A stretch of DNA of 38,473 nucleotides, taken from contig JAISYY010000257.1 of assembly GCA_031269635.1 (NCBI GenBank), forward strand, positions 1-38,473. Direction: 5' to 3'. The stretch comes from Tannerella sp. (GTDB taxonomy: Bacteria > Bacteroidota > Bacteroidia > Bacteroidales > Tannerellaceae). How positions within the stretch are numbered: the first letter of the stretch is position 1; the number at the start of each line of letters is the position of its first letter. The notes under the pieces were generated by a model that was not told the origin of the DNA, made no database searches, and worked only from the letters and a program-made list of their open reading frames with translations. Made by a program: the position numbers and the translations under genes. Shown here in pieces: positions 1 through 9,618 of the stretch.

Positions 1-641
1 GCCTTTAATACTTCTGTTATGGCTGGAAGTATTGATATGAAGATGATTAATATGACGACGATGTCGAGATTTTTTTCGACCCACTCCAGGCGTCCGATAA
101 AAACGCCTAATATGCAAAAAACAGTGACCCAAAGAATACCTCCTATGACGTTAAACGAAAAGAAATGCATATAGTTCATTTTTCCTATTCCGGCAACGAA
201 TGGGGCAAATGTACGTACGATGGGAACAAAACGGGCTAAAATAATGGTTTTTCCTCCGTGTTTTTCGTAAAAACGGTTTGTTTGTTCCAGGTATTTCTGC
301 TTGAAGATTTTGGAATCTTTATTACCAAACAGTTTTTTGCCGAAAAAACGCCCTATGGTATAATTCACAGCGTCGCCCGTCACGGCGGCGATTATCAGGA
401 TAAAAATAAGCCAGTATATTTGTAACGCATTGTCGGGGCGCACGGCGATGGCGCCGGCCAGGAATAAAAGCGAATCTCCCGGAAGGAATGGGGTGACGAC
501 TAATCCCGTTTCGCAGAAAATGATTAAAAATAAGATGGCATAAACCCAAACGCCGTATTCCGAAACCAATATATCCAGCGTACCGCCCGTATCCCTCAAA
601 AGGTCAAGAAAGAAAGTCCATATTTCCTGTAATATTTCCAT
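1..641 (-). CDS. dedA: DedA family membrane protein (3' end runs off the window)
   Basis: Hand translation from ATG at 641: MEILQEIWTFFLDLLRDTGGTLDILVSEYGVWVYAILFLIIFCETGLVVTPFLPGDSLLFLAGA; later has the ARFVPIVRTFAPFVAG DedA motif. Absent from the ORF track because there is no stop in the window. Confidence 0.9.
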   Translation of the reverse strand, partial: MEILQEIWTFFLDLLRDTGGTLDILVSEYGVWVYAILFLIIFCETGLVVTPFLPGDSLLFLAGAIAVRPDNALQIYWLIFILIIAAVTGDAVNYTIGRFFGKKLFGNKDSKIFKQKYLEQTNRFYEKHGGKTIILARFVPIVRTFAPFVAGIGKMNYMHFFSFNVIGGILWVTVFCILGVFIGRLEWVEKNLDIVVILIIFISILPAITEVLK

Positions 642-661
642 TGTTTTTCAAATTTAAAGCG

Positions 662-669
662 CAAAGATA
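662..669 (-). promoter_or_regulatory. Bacteroidetes sigma-A -7 element (TATCTTTG) for dedA
   Basis: Exact TAnnTTTG match 20 nt upstream of the ATG. Confidence 0.6.
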
Positions 670-775
670 ATTTCATTAGATGGAAAACAGGGCATATATT
701 ATTTTTTTTAACAAATTATACTCCGCTTATTCTGATTCCATGATAGTATTCATTTTCTAATTCAATAAAAAAGAC

Positions 776-783
776 TATCTTTG
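776..783 (+). promoter_or_regulatory. Bacteroidetes sigma-A -7 element (TATCTTTG) for the ileS operon
   Basis: Exact TAnnTTTG match about 30 nt upstream of the ileS ATG. Confidence 0.65.
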
Positions 784-812
784 CGGCAATTTTTTATCAG
801 GGAATTATAATT

Positions 813-3800
813 ATGAGTAATCGATTTGCTGAATATAATGCGTTTGACTTATCGGACGTAAACAAAGATGTACTAAAAAAGTGGAAGGACGGGGATATTT
901 TTCATAAGAGCCTGGAAATCCGCAAAGGCTCTCCGTCGTTTATTTTTTACGAAGGCCCGCCGTCGGCTAACGGCATGCCGGGGATTCATCATGTGATTGC
1001 TCGTTCCATAAAAGATATATTTTGCCGTTACAAGACGATGAAAGGATTTCGTGTTGAGCGCAAAGCCGGATGGGATACGCACGGACTTCCGGTCGAGCTT
1101 GGCGTGGAAAAACAGCTTGGTATAACAAAAGATGATATCGGCAAGAAGATATCCGTCGCCGAATATAATAAGGAATGTCGCCGGGACGTCATGAAGTTCA
1201 CCAAAGAATGGGAAGACCTGACGCAGGTTATGGGATACTGGGTGGACATGGAACATCCGTATGTCACCTGCGACAACCGGTATATCGAGACGCTCTGGTT
1301 TTTACTCAAGGAACTTTATAAAAAGGATTTACTCTATAAGGGATATACCATACAGCCCTATTCGCCGGCCGCGGGAACGGGGCTGAGTACGCACGAATTG
1401 AACCAGCCGGGATGCTACCGCGACGTCAAGGATACGACCGTTACGGCTCTTTTCAGAATGAAAAACCCGAAACCGGAAATGACAGGGTGGGGGACGGCCT
1501 GTTTTGTCGCATGGACGACAACGCCTTGGACTTTGCCTTCGAACACAGCGCTGTGCGTCGGCCCCAACATAACGTATGCCGCCGTCCGGACGTATAATCC
1601 CTATAGCGGAGAGCCGGTAACCATCGTGTTGGCAAAAGACCTCGTAAAGGCTCACTTCAGCCCTAAAGCCGAAGGCCTGGCGCTGGACGGTTATCATCCG
1701 GGCGATAAAGTGACGCCTTATGAAATCGTTTGCGAATATCCGGGAAAAGACCTGGCGGGAATGGAGTATGAGCAGCTTATTCCCTGGTTCAATCCCGGTG
1801 AAGGCGCGTTCCGCGTTATACCGGGCGATTATGTAACGACGGAAGACGGTACGGGTATTGTACACATAGCCCCGACGTTTGGGGCTGACGACGCACGTGT
1901 GGCGAAAAGTTTCAACGTGCCCCCGGTGCAGTTGGTCGATAGAGCCGGGAATCTTCGTCCGGCCGTCGATTTGAAAGGCCGTTTCTACCGTCTCGAAGAT
2001 CTCGACGAAGCATACGTTAAGGCAAGCGTCAACGTTGATTTGTATGAAACATATTCCGGCCGCTTTGTGAAAAACGAATATGAGCCGGAGCCTGCCGATA
2101 AAAACGAAACGCTTGATATCGACCTGTGCGTTATGCTTAAACAGCAGGGACTTGCTTTCAAGATTGAAAAGCATATACACAATTACCCCCATTGCTGGCG
2201 TACGGACAAACCCATTCTGTACTATCCCCTGGACAGTTGGTTTATAAGGACTACGGCCTGCCGTGAGCGCATGATTGAGCTTAACAATACGATCAACTGG
2301 AAACCTCAAAGCACCGGGACGGGACGTTTCGGCAAATGGCTCGAAAACCTGCAGGACTGGAACCTCAGCCGTAGCCGCTACTGGGGAACGCCGCTTCCGA
2401 TATGGCGTACGGACGACGGGGTGGAAGAAACGTGCATCGGATCGGTCAAAGAACTGTACGGCGAGATGGAAAAATCCGTTGCTGCCGGCTTCATGGCAAG
2501 CAATCCTTATAAGGAAACCGGTTTCGTCGCCGGCGATTATTCGGCGGAAAATTATGACCGGATAGACCTTCACCGCCCGTATGTAGACGATATTATACTT
2601 GTATCGGACAGCGGCAAACCGATGAAACGCGAACCGGATCTGATCGATGTATGGTTTGATTCCGGCGCGATGCCTTATGCCCAGATACATTACCCGTTCG
2701 AGAACAAAGAACTTTTTGACAAACGCGAAGTCTTTCCGGCGGATTTTATTGCGGAAGGCGTAGATCAGACGCGCGGCTGGTTTTTTACCCTTCATGCGCT
2801 GGGAAGCATGGCGTTCGACAGTGTGGCCTTCAAAAATGTTGTTTCCAACGGGCTTGTGCTCGACAAGAACGGCAATAAAATGTCCAAACGCCTCGGTAAT
2901 GGCGTCGACCCGTTCGAGACGATAGCGAAATACGGCTCGGATCCCCTGCGCTGGTACATGATAACGAACGCCTCGCCGTGGGACAATATCAAGTTCGATG
3001 TTGACGGGATTGAGGAAGTGCGCCGCAAATTTTTCGGTACATTATATAATACGTATTCGTTCTTTGCGCTGTATGCGAATGTTGACGGGTTTACGTACGG
3101 CGAGCCGGATATACCCGTGAACGAACGCCCGGAGACAGACCGCTGGATACTGTCACTCCTTCATTCGCTGGTAAAGGAGGTCGATGAATATTATAACGCT
3201 TACGAACCGACGCGGGCGGGACGTCTGATTTCGGATTTTGTGAACGACCATCTGAGTAACTGGTACGTTCGCCTGAATCGCCGCCGCTTCTGGGGGGGCG
3301 GCATGACGGCCGATAAGTTGTCGGCTTACCAGACGCTTTATACGTGCCTCGAAACGGTTAGCAAACTGATGGCTCCCATATCGCCGTTCTATTCCGACCG
3401 GCTGTTTACCGACCTGGCATCGGTTACGGGACGCGACCGCGCCGGCTCCGTTCACCTGGCCGCTTTTCCGGTATGCGACGAATCGGTTATAGACAGGACG
3501 CTTGAAGAACGGATGCGGATCGCACAGACGATTTCGTCGATGGTTTTGGCATTGCGTCGCAAAGTAAGCATAAAAGTCCGCCAGCCGCTGCAGGCGATTA
3601 TGACGCCGGCGCCGAACGGCGAACAGCGGGCGAATATCGAAGCGGTCAAAAGCCTTGTGCTGAACGAGGTCAATGTGAAGGAACTGCATTTTGTCGACAG
3701 CGCTTTCCTTGTGAAAAGGATAAAGCCGGACTTCAAAAAGTTGGGGCCGCGCTACGGCAAGGTGATGAAACGGTTGACGGCGTCTGTCCAGGCGATGTCG

Positions 3801-4232
3801 CAGGATGATATTGTACGGTTTGAGCAAGCCGGCAGGTTTGTGTTCGATATCGATGGGCAGGCGTGCGAAATAGCTCTTGACGATGTGGAGATTATATCGG
3901 AGGATATTCCCGGATGGCTTGTCGCAAATGAAGGCAGCCTTACGATTGCACTTGATATAACGGTAACGGACGGTTTGAGGAAAGAAGGTCTGGCACGCGA
4001 ACTGGTGAACCGCATACAGAACATGCGCAAAAGCAGCGGATATGAGATAACCGATAAAATCAGGGTAAGGATTTCCTCGACGGGCGAAACGGATGGGGCT
4101 ATAAAGGATTATTCGGATTATATAAAAAAACAAGTGCTGGCGGAATGTCTCGAAATTGTTGACGGTCTGACGGATGGAACGGAACTGGATTTCGAGGATT
4201 TTCGCTTATACACGGTAATTGAAAAAATTTGA
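813..4232 (+). CDS. ileS: Isoleucine--tRNA ligase, type 2 (IleRS2)
   Basis: EGPPSANGMPGIHH (HIGH-equivalent), GWDTHGLP, WTTTPWTL editing motif, SRSRYWG, KMSKR; 1139 aa. Confidence 0.97.
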   Translation: MSNRFAEYNAFDLSDVNKDVLKKWKDGDIFHKSLEIRKGSPSFIFYEGPPSANGMPGIHHVIARSIKDIFCRYKTMKGFRVERKAGWDTHGLPVELGVEKQLGITKDDIGKKISVAEYNKECRRDVMKFTKEWEDLTQVMGYWVDMEHPYVTCDNRYIETLWFLLKELYKKDLLYKGYTIQPYSPAAGTGLSTHELNQPGCYRDVKDTTVTALFRMKNPKPEMTGWGTACFVAWTTTPWTLPSNTALCVGPNITYAAVRTYNPYSGEPVTIVLAKDLVKAHFSPKAEGLALDGYHPGDKVTPYEIVCEYPGKDLAGMEYEQLIPWFNPGEGAFRVIPGDYVTTEDGTGIVHIAPTFGADDARVAKSFNVPPVQLVDRAGNLRPAVDLKGRFYRLEDLDEAYVKASVNVDLYETYSGRFVKNEYEPEPADKNETLDIDLCVMLKQQGLAFKIEKHIHNYPHCWRTDKPILYYPLDSWFIRTTACRERMIELNNTINWKPQSTGTGRFGKWLENLQDWNLSRSRYWGTPLPIWRTDDGVEETCIGSVKELYGEMEKSVAAGFMASNPYKETGFVAGDYSAENYDRIDLHRPYVDDIILVSDSGKPMKREPDLIDVWFDSGAMPYAQIHYPFENKELFDKREVFPADFIAEGVDQTRGWFFTLHALGSMAFDSVAFKNVVSNGLVLDKNGNKMSKRLGNGVDPFETIAKYGSDPLRWYMITNASPWDNIKFDVDGIEEVRRKFFGTLYNTYSFFALYANVDGFTYGEPDIPVNERPETDRWILSLLHSLVKEVDEYYNAYEPTRAGRLISDFVNDHLSNWYVRLNRRRFWGGGMTADKLSAYQTLYTCLETVSKLMAPISPFYSDRLFTDLASVTGRDRAGSVHLAAFPVCDESVIDRTLEERMRIAQTISSMVLALRRKVSIKVRQPLQAIMTPAPNGEQRANIEAVKSLVLNEVNVKELHFVDSAFLVKRIKPDFKKLGPRYGKVMKRLTASVQAMSQDDIVRFEQAGRFVFDIDGQACEIALDDVEIISEDIPGWLVANEGSLTIALDITVTDGLRKEGLARELVNRIQNMRKSSGYEITDKIRVRISSTGETDGAIKDYSDYIKKQVLAECLEIVDGLTDGTELDFEDFRLYTVIEKI

Positions 4233-4318
4233 CTGCACGGGCAGGAAATAGGATAAACAGATAGTATTTTTGAAGTGATAAATTATTTTGTGTTTTTAAT
4301 CAATTAATAAAAAAAAGT

Positions 4319-4699
4319 ATGTCAGAAAAAACAAGGTATTCGGATGAGGAGTTGGAAGAATTCCGTATTATTATTTTGGAGAAGCTGGAGAAGGCGAAAC
4401 GCGATTACGAACAGTTGCGGGCAGGAGTAACCAATTCCGAAGGGAATGATGTCTCCGATACGTCGCCTACGTTTAAGGTGCTTGAAGAAGGTGCGACGAC
4501 GCTGTCAAAAGAAGAATCCGGCCGTTTGGCGCAGCGCCAGATGAAATTTATCCAGAACCTGCAGAAAGCGCTCGTTCGCATAGAGAATAAAACGTATGGT
4601 ATCTGCCGTGAAACCGGGAAGCTGATTCCAAAGGAACGTCTGCGTGCAGTACCTCATGCTACATTAAGTATAGAAGCGAAGGAAAGTGGCATTAAATAA
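4319..4699 (+). CDS. TraR/DksA family transcriptional regulator (single-Cys type)
   Basis: Coiled-coil plus YGICRETGKLIPKERLRAVPHATLSIEAK; usual position after ileS in Bacteroidetes. Confidence 0.9.
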   Translation: MSEKTRYSDEELEEFRIIILEKLEKAKRDYEQLRAGVTNSEGNDVSDTSPTFKVLEEGATTLSKEESGRLAQRQMKFIQNLQKALVRIENKTYGICRETGKLIPKERLRAVPHATLSIEAKESGIK

Positions 4700-5327
4700 G
4701 ACACAACTCAAGTATTTCGGGGGTACGGCGCTGGCTGTGACCCTGTTGCTGGCGTGCGACCAGGCCGTTAAGGTCTGGGTGAAGACGCACATGCAGCTTG
4801 GTGAAAGTATAGAGATCTTTTCGTGGTTTAAAATTTATTTTACGGAAAATCCCGGCATGGCTTTCGGCATCGAGCTTGTCGACACGTATATACTTACAAT
4901 ATTCAGGATCATCATCGTCAGCCTGTTCGGGGCGTTTATCGTAAAGCTGATAAAACGTAATTATAAATTCGGCTTCATCCTCTGTGCGTCGATGATACTT
5001 GCCGGCGCGCTTGGCAATATCATTGACTGTGCGTTCTACGGCGTGCTGTTCGATCACAGTTACGGTCACGTGGCGACATTCATGCCGGAAGGCGGCGGCT
5101 ATTCGACCGTACTGAACGGCCGGGTCGTTGACATGCTGTATTTCCCGCTTATAAAGACAACGTGGCCTTCGTGGGTGCCTGTATGGGGCGGACACGATTT
5201 TATTTTTTTCAGACCCATTTTTAACGTGGCAGACTCTTCTATTTGCGTAAGCGTTTTTATACTGCTTTTATTCTACAGACAGTCCTTATCTACCGTCTTT
5301 TCGAAAGAAAAAGAACGTTATGACTAA
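4686..5327 (+). CDS. lspA: Lipoprotein signal peptidase II
   Basis: DQAVK, ENPGMAFG, GALGNIID, VVDML and FNVAD catalytic motifs. Confidence 0.93.
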   Translation: MALNKTQLKYFGGTALAVTLLLACDQAVKVWVKTHMQLGESIEIFSWFKIYFTENPGMAFGIELVDTYILTIFRIIIVSLFGAFIVKLIKRNYKFGFILCASMILAGALGNIIDCAFYGVLFDHSYGHVATFMPEGGGYSTVLNGRVVDMLYFPLIKTTWPSWVPVWGGHDFIFFRPIFNVADSSICVSVFILLLFYRQSLSTVFSKEKERYD

Positions 5328-6129
5328 TAACTTACGCATATATGGCATTGGGCTGTTAATCTGCATGGCAGCTTCGTGCAGCAGGGTTCCCGATCATATT
5401 ATTTCCGAAAAAAAAATGAGAGCCGTGCTGTATGACATGCAACTGGCGGAAGCCATGGTCGAGACCGGCTACGAAACATACAGGACGGGCGACGAACGGC
5501 AAACGGTGTATGACGGCGTTTTCGCCAAACACCGCATCACGCAGGCCGAATACGACTCATCGCTGGTCTGGTACGGCGAAAATATGGAGTTATACATGCG
5601 CATCTACAGGCTTGTCTTAAAAGATATAAATGACCATATTGCCTCAATGGGCGATATAAAGCCCAACCCGCTGTCCGGCGATGTCTCGGCAAAGGATTCG
5701 ATAGACATCTGGATCTATAACCGCAGCTTTACCTTCAAGCCGGAGCAGGTTTTTAATGCACTCACCTTCGATATCACTCCGCAGAAGCCCTATTCGTCGG
5801 GCAGTTCCTACGTGTTTGGCATGTCCGTATGGGGTATTGCACCCAACCTGAAACATAAACCCAAGATCCGGATAAGCGCCGTACATGCCGATACCGTCAT
5901 ATCGGCCGGCAGGGATATAACGGGAGACGGCTACTATGAAACGGTCGTCAGTACCGTTGCGACCAAACAAGTGAAGCGCGTGTACGGTCATATCATAATA
6001 AATGATTCCGAAGCCTCCCCGTACCACCGCATTTACGTGGATGATATCCGGCTCATGAAATATAATTACGGCTCGAAGGCGCTTACCGCCCCGCAGGCCG
6101 ATACGCTGCTGATAGTGAATAACAAATAA
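5320..6129 (+). CDS. DUF4296 domain lipoprotein
   Basis: Lipobox AASC; PDHIISEKKMRAVLYDMQLAEA...YDSSLVWY pattern; follows lspA. Confidence 0.8.
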   Translation: MTNNLRIYGIGLLICMAASCSRVPDHIISEKKMRAVLYDMQLAEAMVETGYETYRTGDERQTVYDGVFAKHRITQAEYDSSLVWYGENMELYMRIYRLVLKDINDHIASMGDIKPNPLSGDVSAKDSIDIWIYNRSFTFKPEQVFNALTFDITPQKPYSSGSSYVFGMSVWGIAPNLKHKPKIRISAVHADTVISAGRDITGDGYYETVVSTVATKQVKRVYGHIIINDSEASPYHRIYVDDIRLMKYNYGSKALTAPQADTLLIVNNK

Positions 6130-6131
6130 CG
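6111..6131 (+). repeat. Short heptamer array (gatagtg aataaca aataacg), inverted relative to the 6402-6464 array
   Basis: atagtgaataac (6112-6123) is the exact reverse complement of gttattcactat, which occurs three times in 6402-6464. Confidence 0.65.
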
Positions 6132-6401
6132 CTTATTTGTTGCGCACTACTTGTATAGACTCTTACTTACATCAACGCCCGCATCATACCCTTCCTGTTA
6201 CCGTCTGCCGGTATCATTTCCGTAAATACCGGGAACTTAGCTTTATCCGGATTATATATATTTTCGCCGTATTATATATGTTCTCGTCAGAAAATATAAT
6301 TTCAGAAAGAGATTATAATCTCCCGCCAGCTCAAATAAATATTATTTAACAAATATAGCGGCAATCAGATTTTAAATTATACTGCAAAACAAACACCTGT
6401 C

Positions 6402-6464
6402 CACTATTCACTATACGTTATTCACTATTCGTTATTCACTATACGTTATTCACTATTCGTTATA
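6402..6464. repeat. Tandem heptamer array, 9 units (cactatt/cactata/cgttatt variants)
   Basis: cactatt cactata cgttatt cactatt cgttatt cactata cgttatt cactatt cgttata; overlaps the trmH stop codon. Confidence 0.92.
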
Positions 6465-7212
6465 CCCCTCTCCTCCTGAACTCCGCGCAGACGATCGCCG
6501 CAGCCATGGCGACATTAAGCGAATCCGTCGTTTCGCGCGAAGGTGGCCAGGAGGGAATGTACAGCCGTTCGTTTACGAAAGCCGCCGTTTCCGGCCTGAT
6601 GCCGTTCCCCTCGTTACCCATAACGATGATACCGTGCTGCGTAAGTTTCCGGCTGTAAATATTTTCGCCATCTAAAAAAGTTCCGTAAACGGGACTGCCT
6701 TTATGCTTGCCGGCATATTCGTCCAGGCCCGCATAATACACTTTTACGCGGGCCAGGGCGCCCATTGTGGCCTGCACGGTTTTCGGCCCGAAAACGTCCG
6801 CCGTATCCTTACTGCATACAATATACCCGATGCCGAACCAGTCGGCCAGGCGGACGATTGTCCCGAGATTCCCGGGATCCTGTATACCGTCGAGCGCCAG
6901 GACAAGGCCGGATTCCGGGTTCGCCCCATCCAGCGGCCAGGACGGTTTCCGGAACACCGCCACTACATCCTGGGGCGCTTTCGTGAAACTCACCCGGCGG
7001 ATGTCCCCCTCGCCGGCAAGTAAAAGCTCCTTTGCCGGGATGTCACCCTGTGCCGCTATCCACGATGTACGCGCCATGAGCCACTCACATTCGAACGCGT
7101 GAAGCATGTCAGCCACGAGTTTGTTCCCCTCTGCAACGAAAAGTCCCCGTTCATCCCGGAACTTCTTAAATTCCAGCGCCCGTATTTCCTTGATTTTTGC
7201 TTTACTCAACAT
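6460..7212 (-). CDS. TrmH/SpoU family RNA 2'-O-methyltransferase
   Basis: LDGIQDPGNLGTIVR, VMGNEGNGI and SLNVAMAAAI SPOUT motifs. Confidence 0.92.
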   Translation of the reverse strand: MLSKAKIKEIRALEFKKFRDERGLFVAEGNKLVADMLHAFECEWLMARTSWIAAQGDIPAKELLLAGEGDIRRVSFTKAPQDVVAVFRKPSWPLDGANPESGLVLALDGIQDPGNLGTIVRLADWFGIGYIVCSKDTADVFGPKTVQATMGALARVKVYYAGLDEYAGKHKGSPVYGTFLDGENIYSRKLTQHGIIVMGNEGNGIRPETAAFVNERLYIPSWPPSRETTDSLNVAMAAAIVCAEFRRRGV

Positions 7213-7236
7213 GTGATTTTATAGTTTTTAGGACGT

Positions 7237-7273
7237 CAAATGTACGGTAAATAATTTATTTCAACTACATTTG
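7237..7273. promoter_or_regulatory. Back-to-back divergent -7 elements (TACATTTG on each strand) for trmH and the Omp85 gene
   Basis: caaatgta at 7237-7244 and tacatttg at 7266-7273. Confidence 0.6.
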
Positions 7274-7290
7274 CGCCAAAAACAAGTCTT

Positions 7291-9618
7291 ATGAAGTTCG
7301 GCATAATTAATAAATTTATCTGTTTATGCTGCATGACAGCGCTCGCGTCGTGCAGCATGACGAAATATGTCGGTGAGGGACAATATCTTTTAGACAAAGT
7401 CGTGATAAAAACGGACGCCCCGGATGTTAAGCCTTCGGATATGAAATCATATCTGCAGCAACATCCCAATTATAAGATTTTCGGACTGTTCCAATGGCCC
7501 CTGTATGTATATAACTGGTCGGGGGCGGACGAAAAAAAATGGTTGAACAGGCAGCTGCGCAAAGCGGGCGAACCGCCCGTCCTGCTTGATACCGTTCTTG
7601 CCGGACAGTCCGCCATTCAGCTGGAACGGTATATGTTTAACCGCGGCTATACGGATGCGCGTGTGGAAGTGTCGGCCGATACGTCGGCACACAAAAAGGC
7701 CGTTTTGAAATATTCGATAGCGTCCGGGGAACCATACCGCATACGGAATTATAAATCACAGGCGGATGACCCGGAAATAAACAGCATCCTGCATCAAGAA
7801 GCCCCCCGCCGCTCGTTTTTGCAGTCCATATCCCGTTCCGTGCCGAAAGAATATAATTCATACATAAAGGAAGACATGCTCTTTGACCGCGTAATACTCG
7901 ACAGGGAGCGCCAGCGCCTCACGGCGCTTCTGCGAAACAACGGATATTACGCCTTTAACCGCGATCATATAGGATACTGGGCCGACAGTTCTTTCCGTGA
8001 TCATCGCGTTGACCTGGACATGTATATAAAACCGGACGCCCGAGGGCGGCACCGGCCATATTATATTAATAATGTAAGGATCCTGACCGGCTACGACCCG
8101 CTCAATACGGACGCCACGGGCTATGACCGCCTGGTAACGGATTCAGCCACATCGCGGGGCGTCACTATATATTACGGGAAAGACGGCCCCGACATTCGTC
8201 CCGCCATATTGCAGCAAAGCTGTTACCTGACGCCCGGAGCGCTGTATAGCGAACGGAACGTGGAGCATACGTACGCATCCTATTCATCCCTGAAAGCACT
8301 CCGTTATATGAGTATCCGGTTTGACGAGTTTGAAGAAGCCGATACCATGAAACTTGACTGTACGATACTGACGGCTCCAGCCAAAAAACAGGGCGTGCGT
8401 TACGATGTGGAAGGAACGAACTCGGCGGGCGATCTCGGTTTTGCTTCGTCGCTAACCTATCAGCACAGGAATCTTTTCAGGGGATCGGAACTGTTTTCCG
8501 CCAAAGTTCGCGGAGGATATGAATTTCTATCCTCGACCGAGGAACGCGGTAACTACTGGGAATTTGCCGGGGAAACCTCACTTCATTTTCCTCACTTCCT
8601 TTTTCCATTTGTCAGCTATGATTTCCGGCGGAACATTCGTGCGACGACGGAGTACCGGATGAGTTACGACGAAATGCGAAGGCCGGAGTATCACCGTTCG
8701 ATACTCTCCGGCGGCTGGATCTATCACTGGCAGGACCGTATAAATACACTTGTGCGGCATACGTTCAAGATGATAGATATAAACTACGTTTTTTTGCCCT
8801 TCAAACGGGAAGATTTCATAAACAAACTGCCCGAAACGACAGCGCTGTATAATTATTCGGATCAGTTTATCGTAAGCATGGGATACGTCTATTCGTTTAA
8901 CAATTACGACCCGATGGAGCGGCGCCGGAACACCTATTCCTTTCGCGTCGCCTTCGAATCTGCCGGCAATCTGATGTACGCCATGTCCAATCTTTTCGGT
9001 GCCGGGAAGGATGAAGACGGGATGTACAAGCTTTTCGGGATCAACTATTCCGAATTTCTGAAGGGCGATATAGATTTTGCACGGAGCATTATGCTTGACG
9101 GGCGAAATTCCGTAGCCTTCCACATCGGTTTGGGCGTGGCTTATCCTTTTGGCAATACGGACGAACTTCCCTTCGAGCGGCGTTATTATGCGGGAGGGGC
9201 AAACAGCAACCGCGGATGGAGTATCCGCTCGTTGGGGCCGGGAAGTATGCAGAAAACGGATACGACCTCATTCATTCACCAGGCAGGCGATATCCGTCTT
9301 GATGCGAACGTGGAACTCCGGTCAAAGTTGTTCTGGAAGTTTGAACTTGCATTTTATGTCGATGCCGGGAATATCTGGACGATACGTAAATATGATTATC
9401 AAAAGGGTGGAAGCTTCGACTTCGGACGTTTCCAGAAAGAGATAGCCGTATCCTACGGTTTGGGACTGCGCCTTGATTTTGATTATTTCCTTGTCCGCCT
9501 CGATTCCGGATTTAAGGCTTACAATCCGCAGGAAACCGGTTCGAGGAAGTGGGCAATCTCGAATCCTGATTTCAAAGACAATTTTGCCTGGCATTTCGCC
9601 GTGGGATATCCGTTCTAA
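7291..9618 (+). CDS. BamA/TamA (Omp85) family outer membrane lipoprotein, TamL-like
   Basis: Lipobox LASC, POTRA-like segments, YYAGGANSNRGW loop motif, FYVDAGNIW, C-terminal WHFAVGYPF. Confidence 0.88.
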   Translation: MKFGIINKFICLCCMTALASCSMTKYVGEGQYLLDKVVIKTDAPDVKPSDMKSYLQQHPNYKIFGLFQWPLYVYNWSGADEKKWLNRQLRKAGEPPVLLDTVLAGQSAIQLERYMFNRGYTDARVEVSADTSAHKKAVLKYSIASGEPYRIRNYKSQADDPEINSILHQEAPRRSFLQSISRSVPKEYNSYIKEDMLFDRVILDRERQRLTALLRNNGYYAFNRDHIGYWADSSFRDHRVDLDMYIKPDARGRHRPYYINNVRILTGYDPLNTDATGYDRLVTDSATSRGVTIYYGKDGPDIRPAILQQSCYLTPGALYSERNVEHTYASYSSLKALRYMSIRFDEFEEADTMKLDCTILTAPAKKQGVRYDVEGTNSAGDLGFASSLTYQHRNLFRGSELFSAKVRGGYEFLSSTEERGNYWEFAGETSLHFPHFLFPFVSYDFRRNIRATTEYRMSYDEMRRPEYHRSILSGGWIYHWQDRINTLVRHTFKMIDINYVFLPFKREDFINKLPETTALYNYSDQFIVSMGYVYSFNNYDPMERRRNTYSFRVAFESAGNLMYAMSNLFGAGKDEDGMYKLFGINYSEFLKGDIDFARSIMLDGRNSVAFHIGLGVAYPFGNTDELPFERRYYAGGANSNRGWSIRSLGPGSMQKTDTTSFIHQAGDIRLDANVELRSKLFWKFELAFYVDAGNIWTIRKYDYQKGGSFDFGRFQKEIAVSYGLGLRLDFDYFLVRLDSGFKAYNPQETGSRKWAISNPDFKDNFAWHFAVGYPF

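Noticed and set aside
1329-2795. 488-aa antisense ORF, and similar shadow ORFs at 3153-4133, 25518-26138 and 34593-35219
   Set aside because: Antisense shadows of conserved genes, with no recognisable motifs.
6137-6349. 70-aa ORF inside the first heptamer-bracketed element
   Set aside because: TTG start within a hairpin and no resemblance to four-helix-bundle or other families I recognise.
6402-6464. Possible CRISPR array
   Set aside because: Contiguous 7-mers with no unique spacers, and no cas genes in the window.
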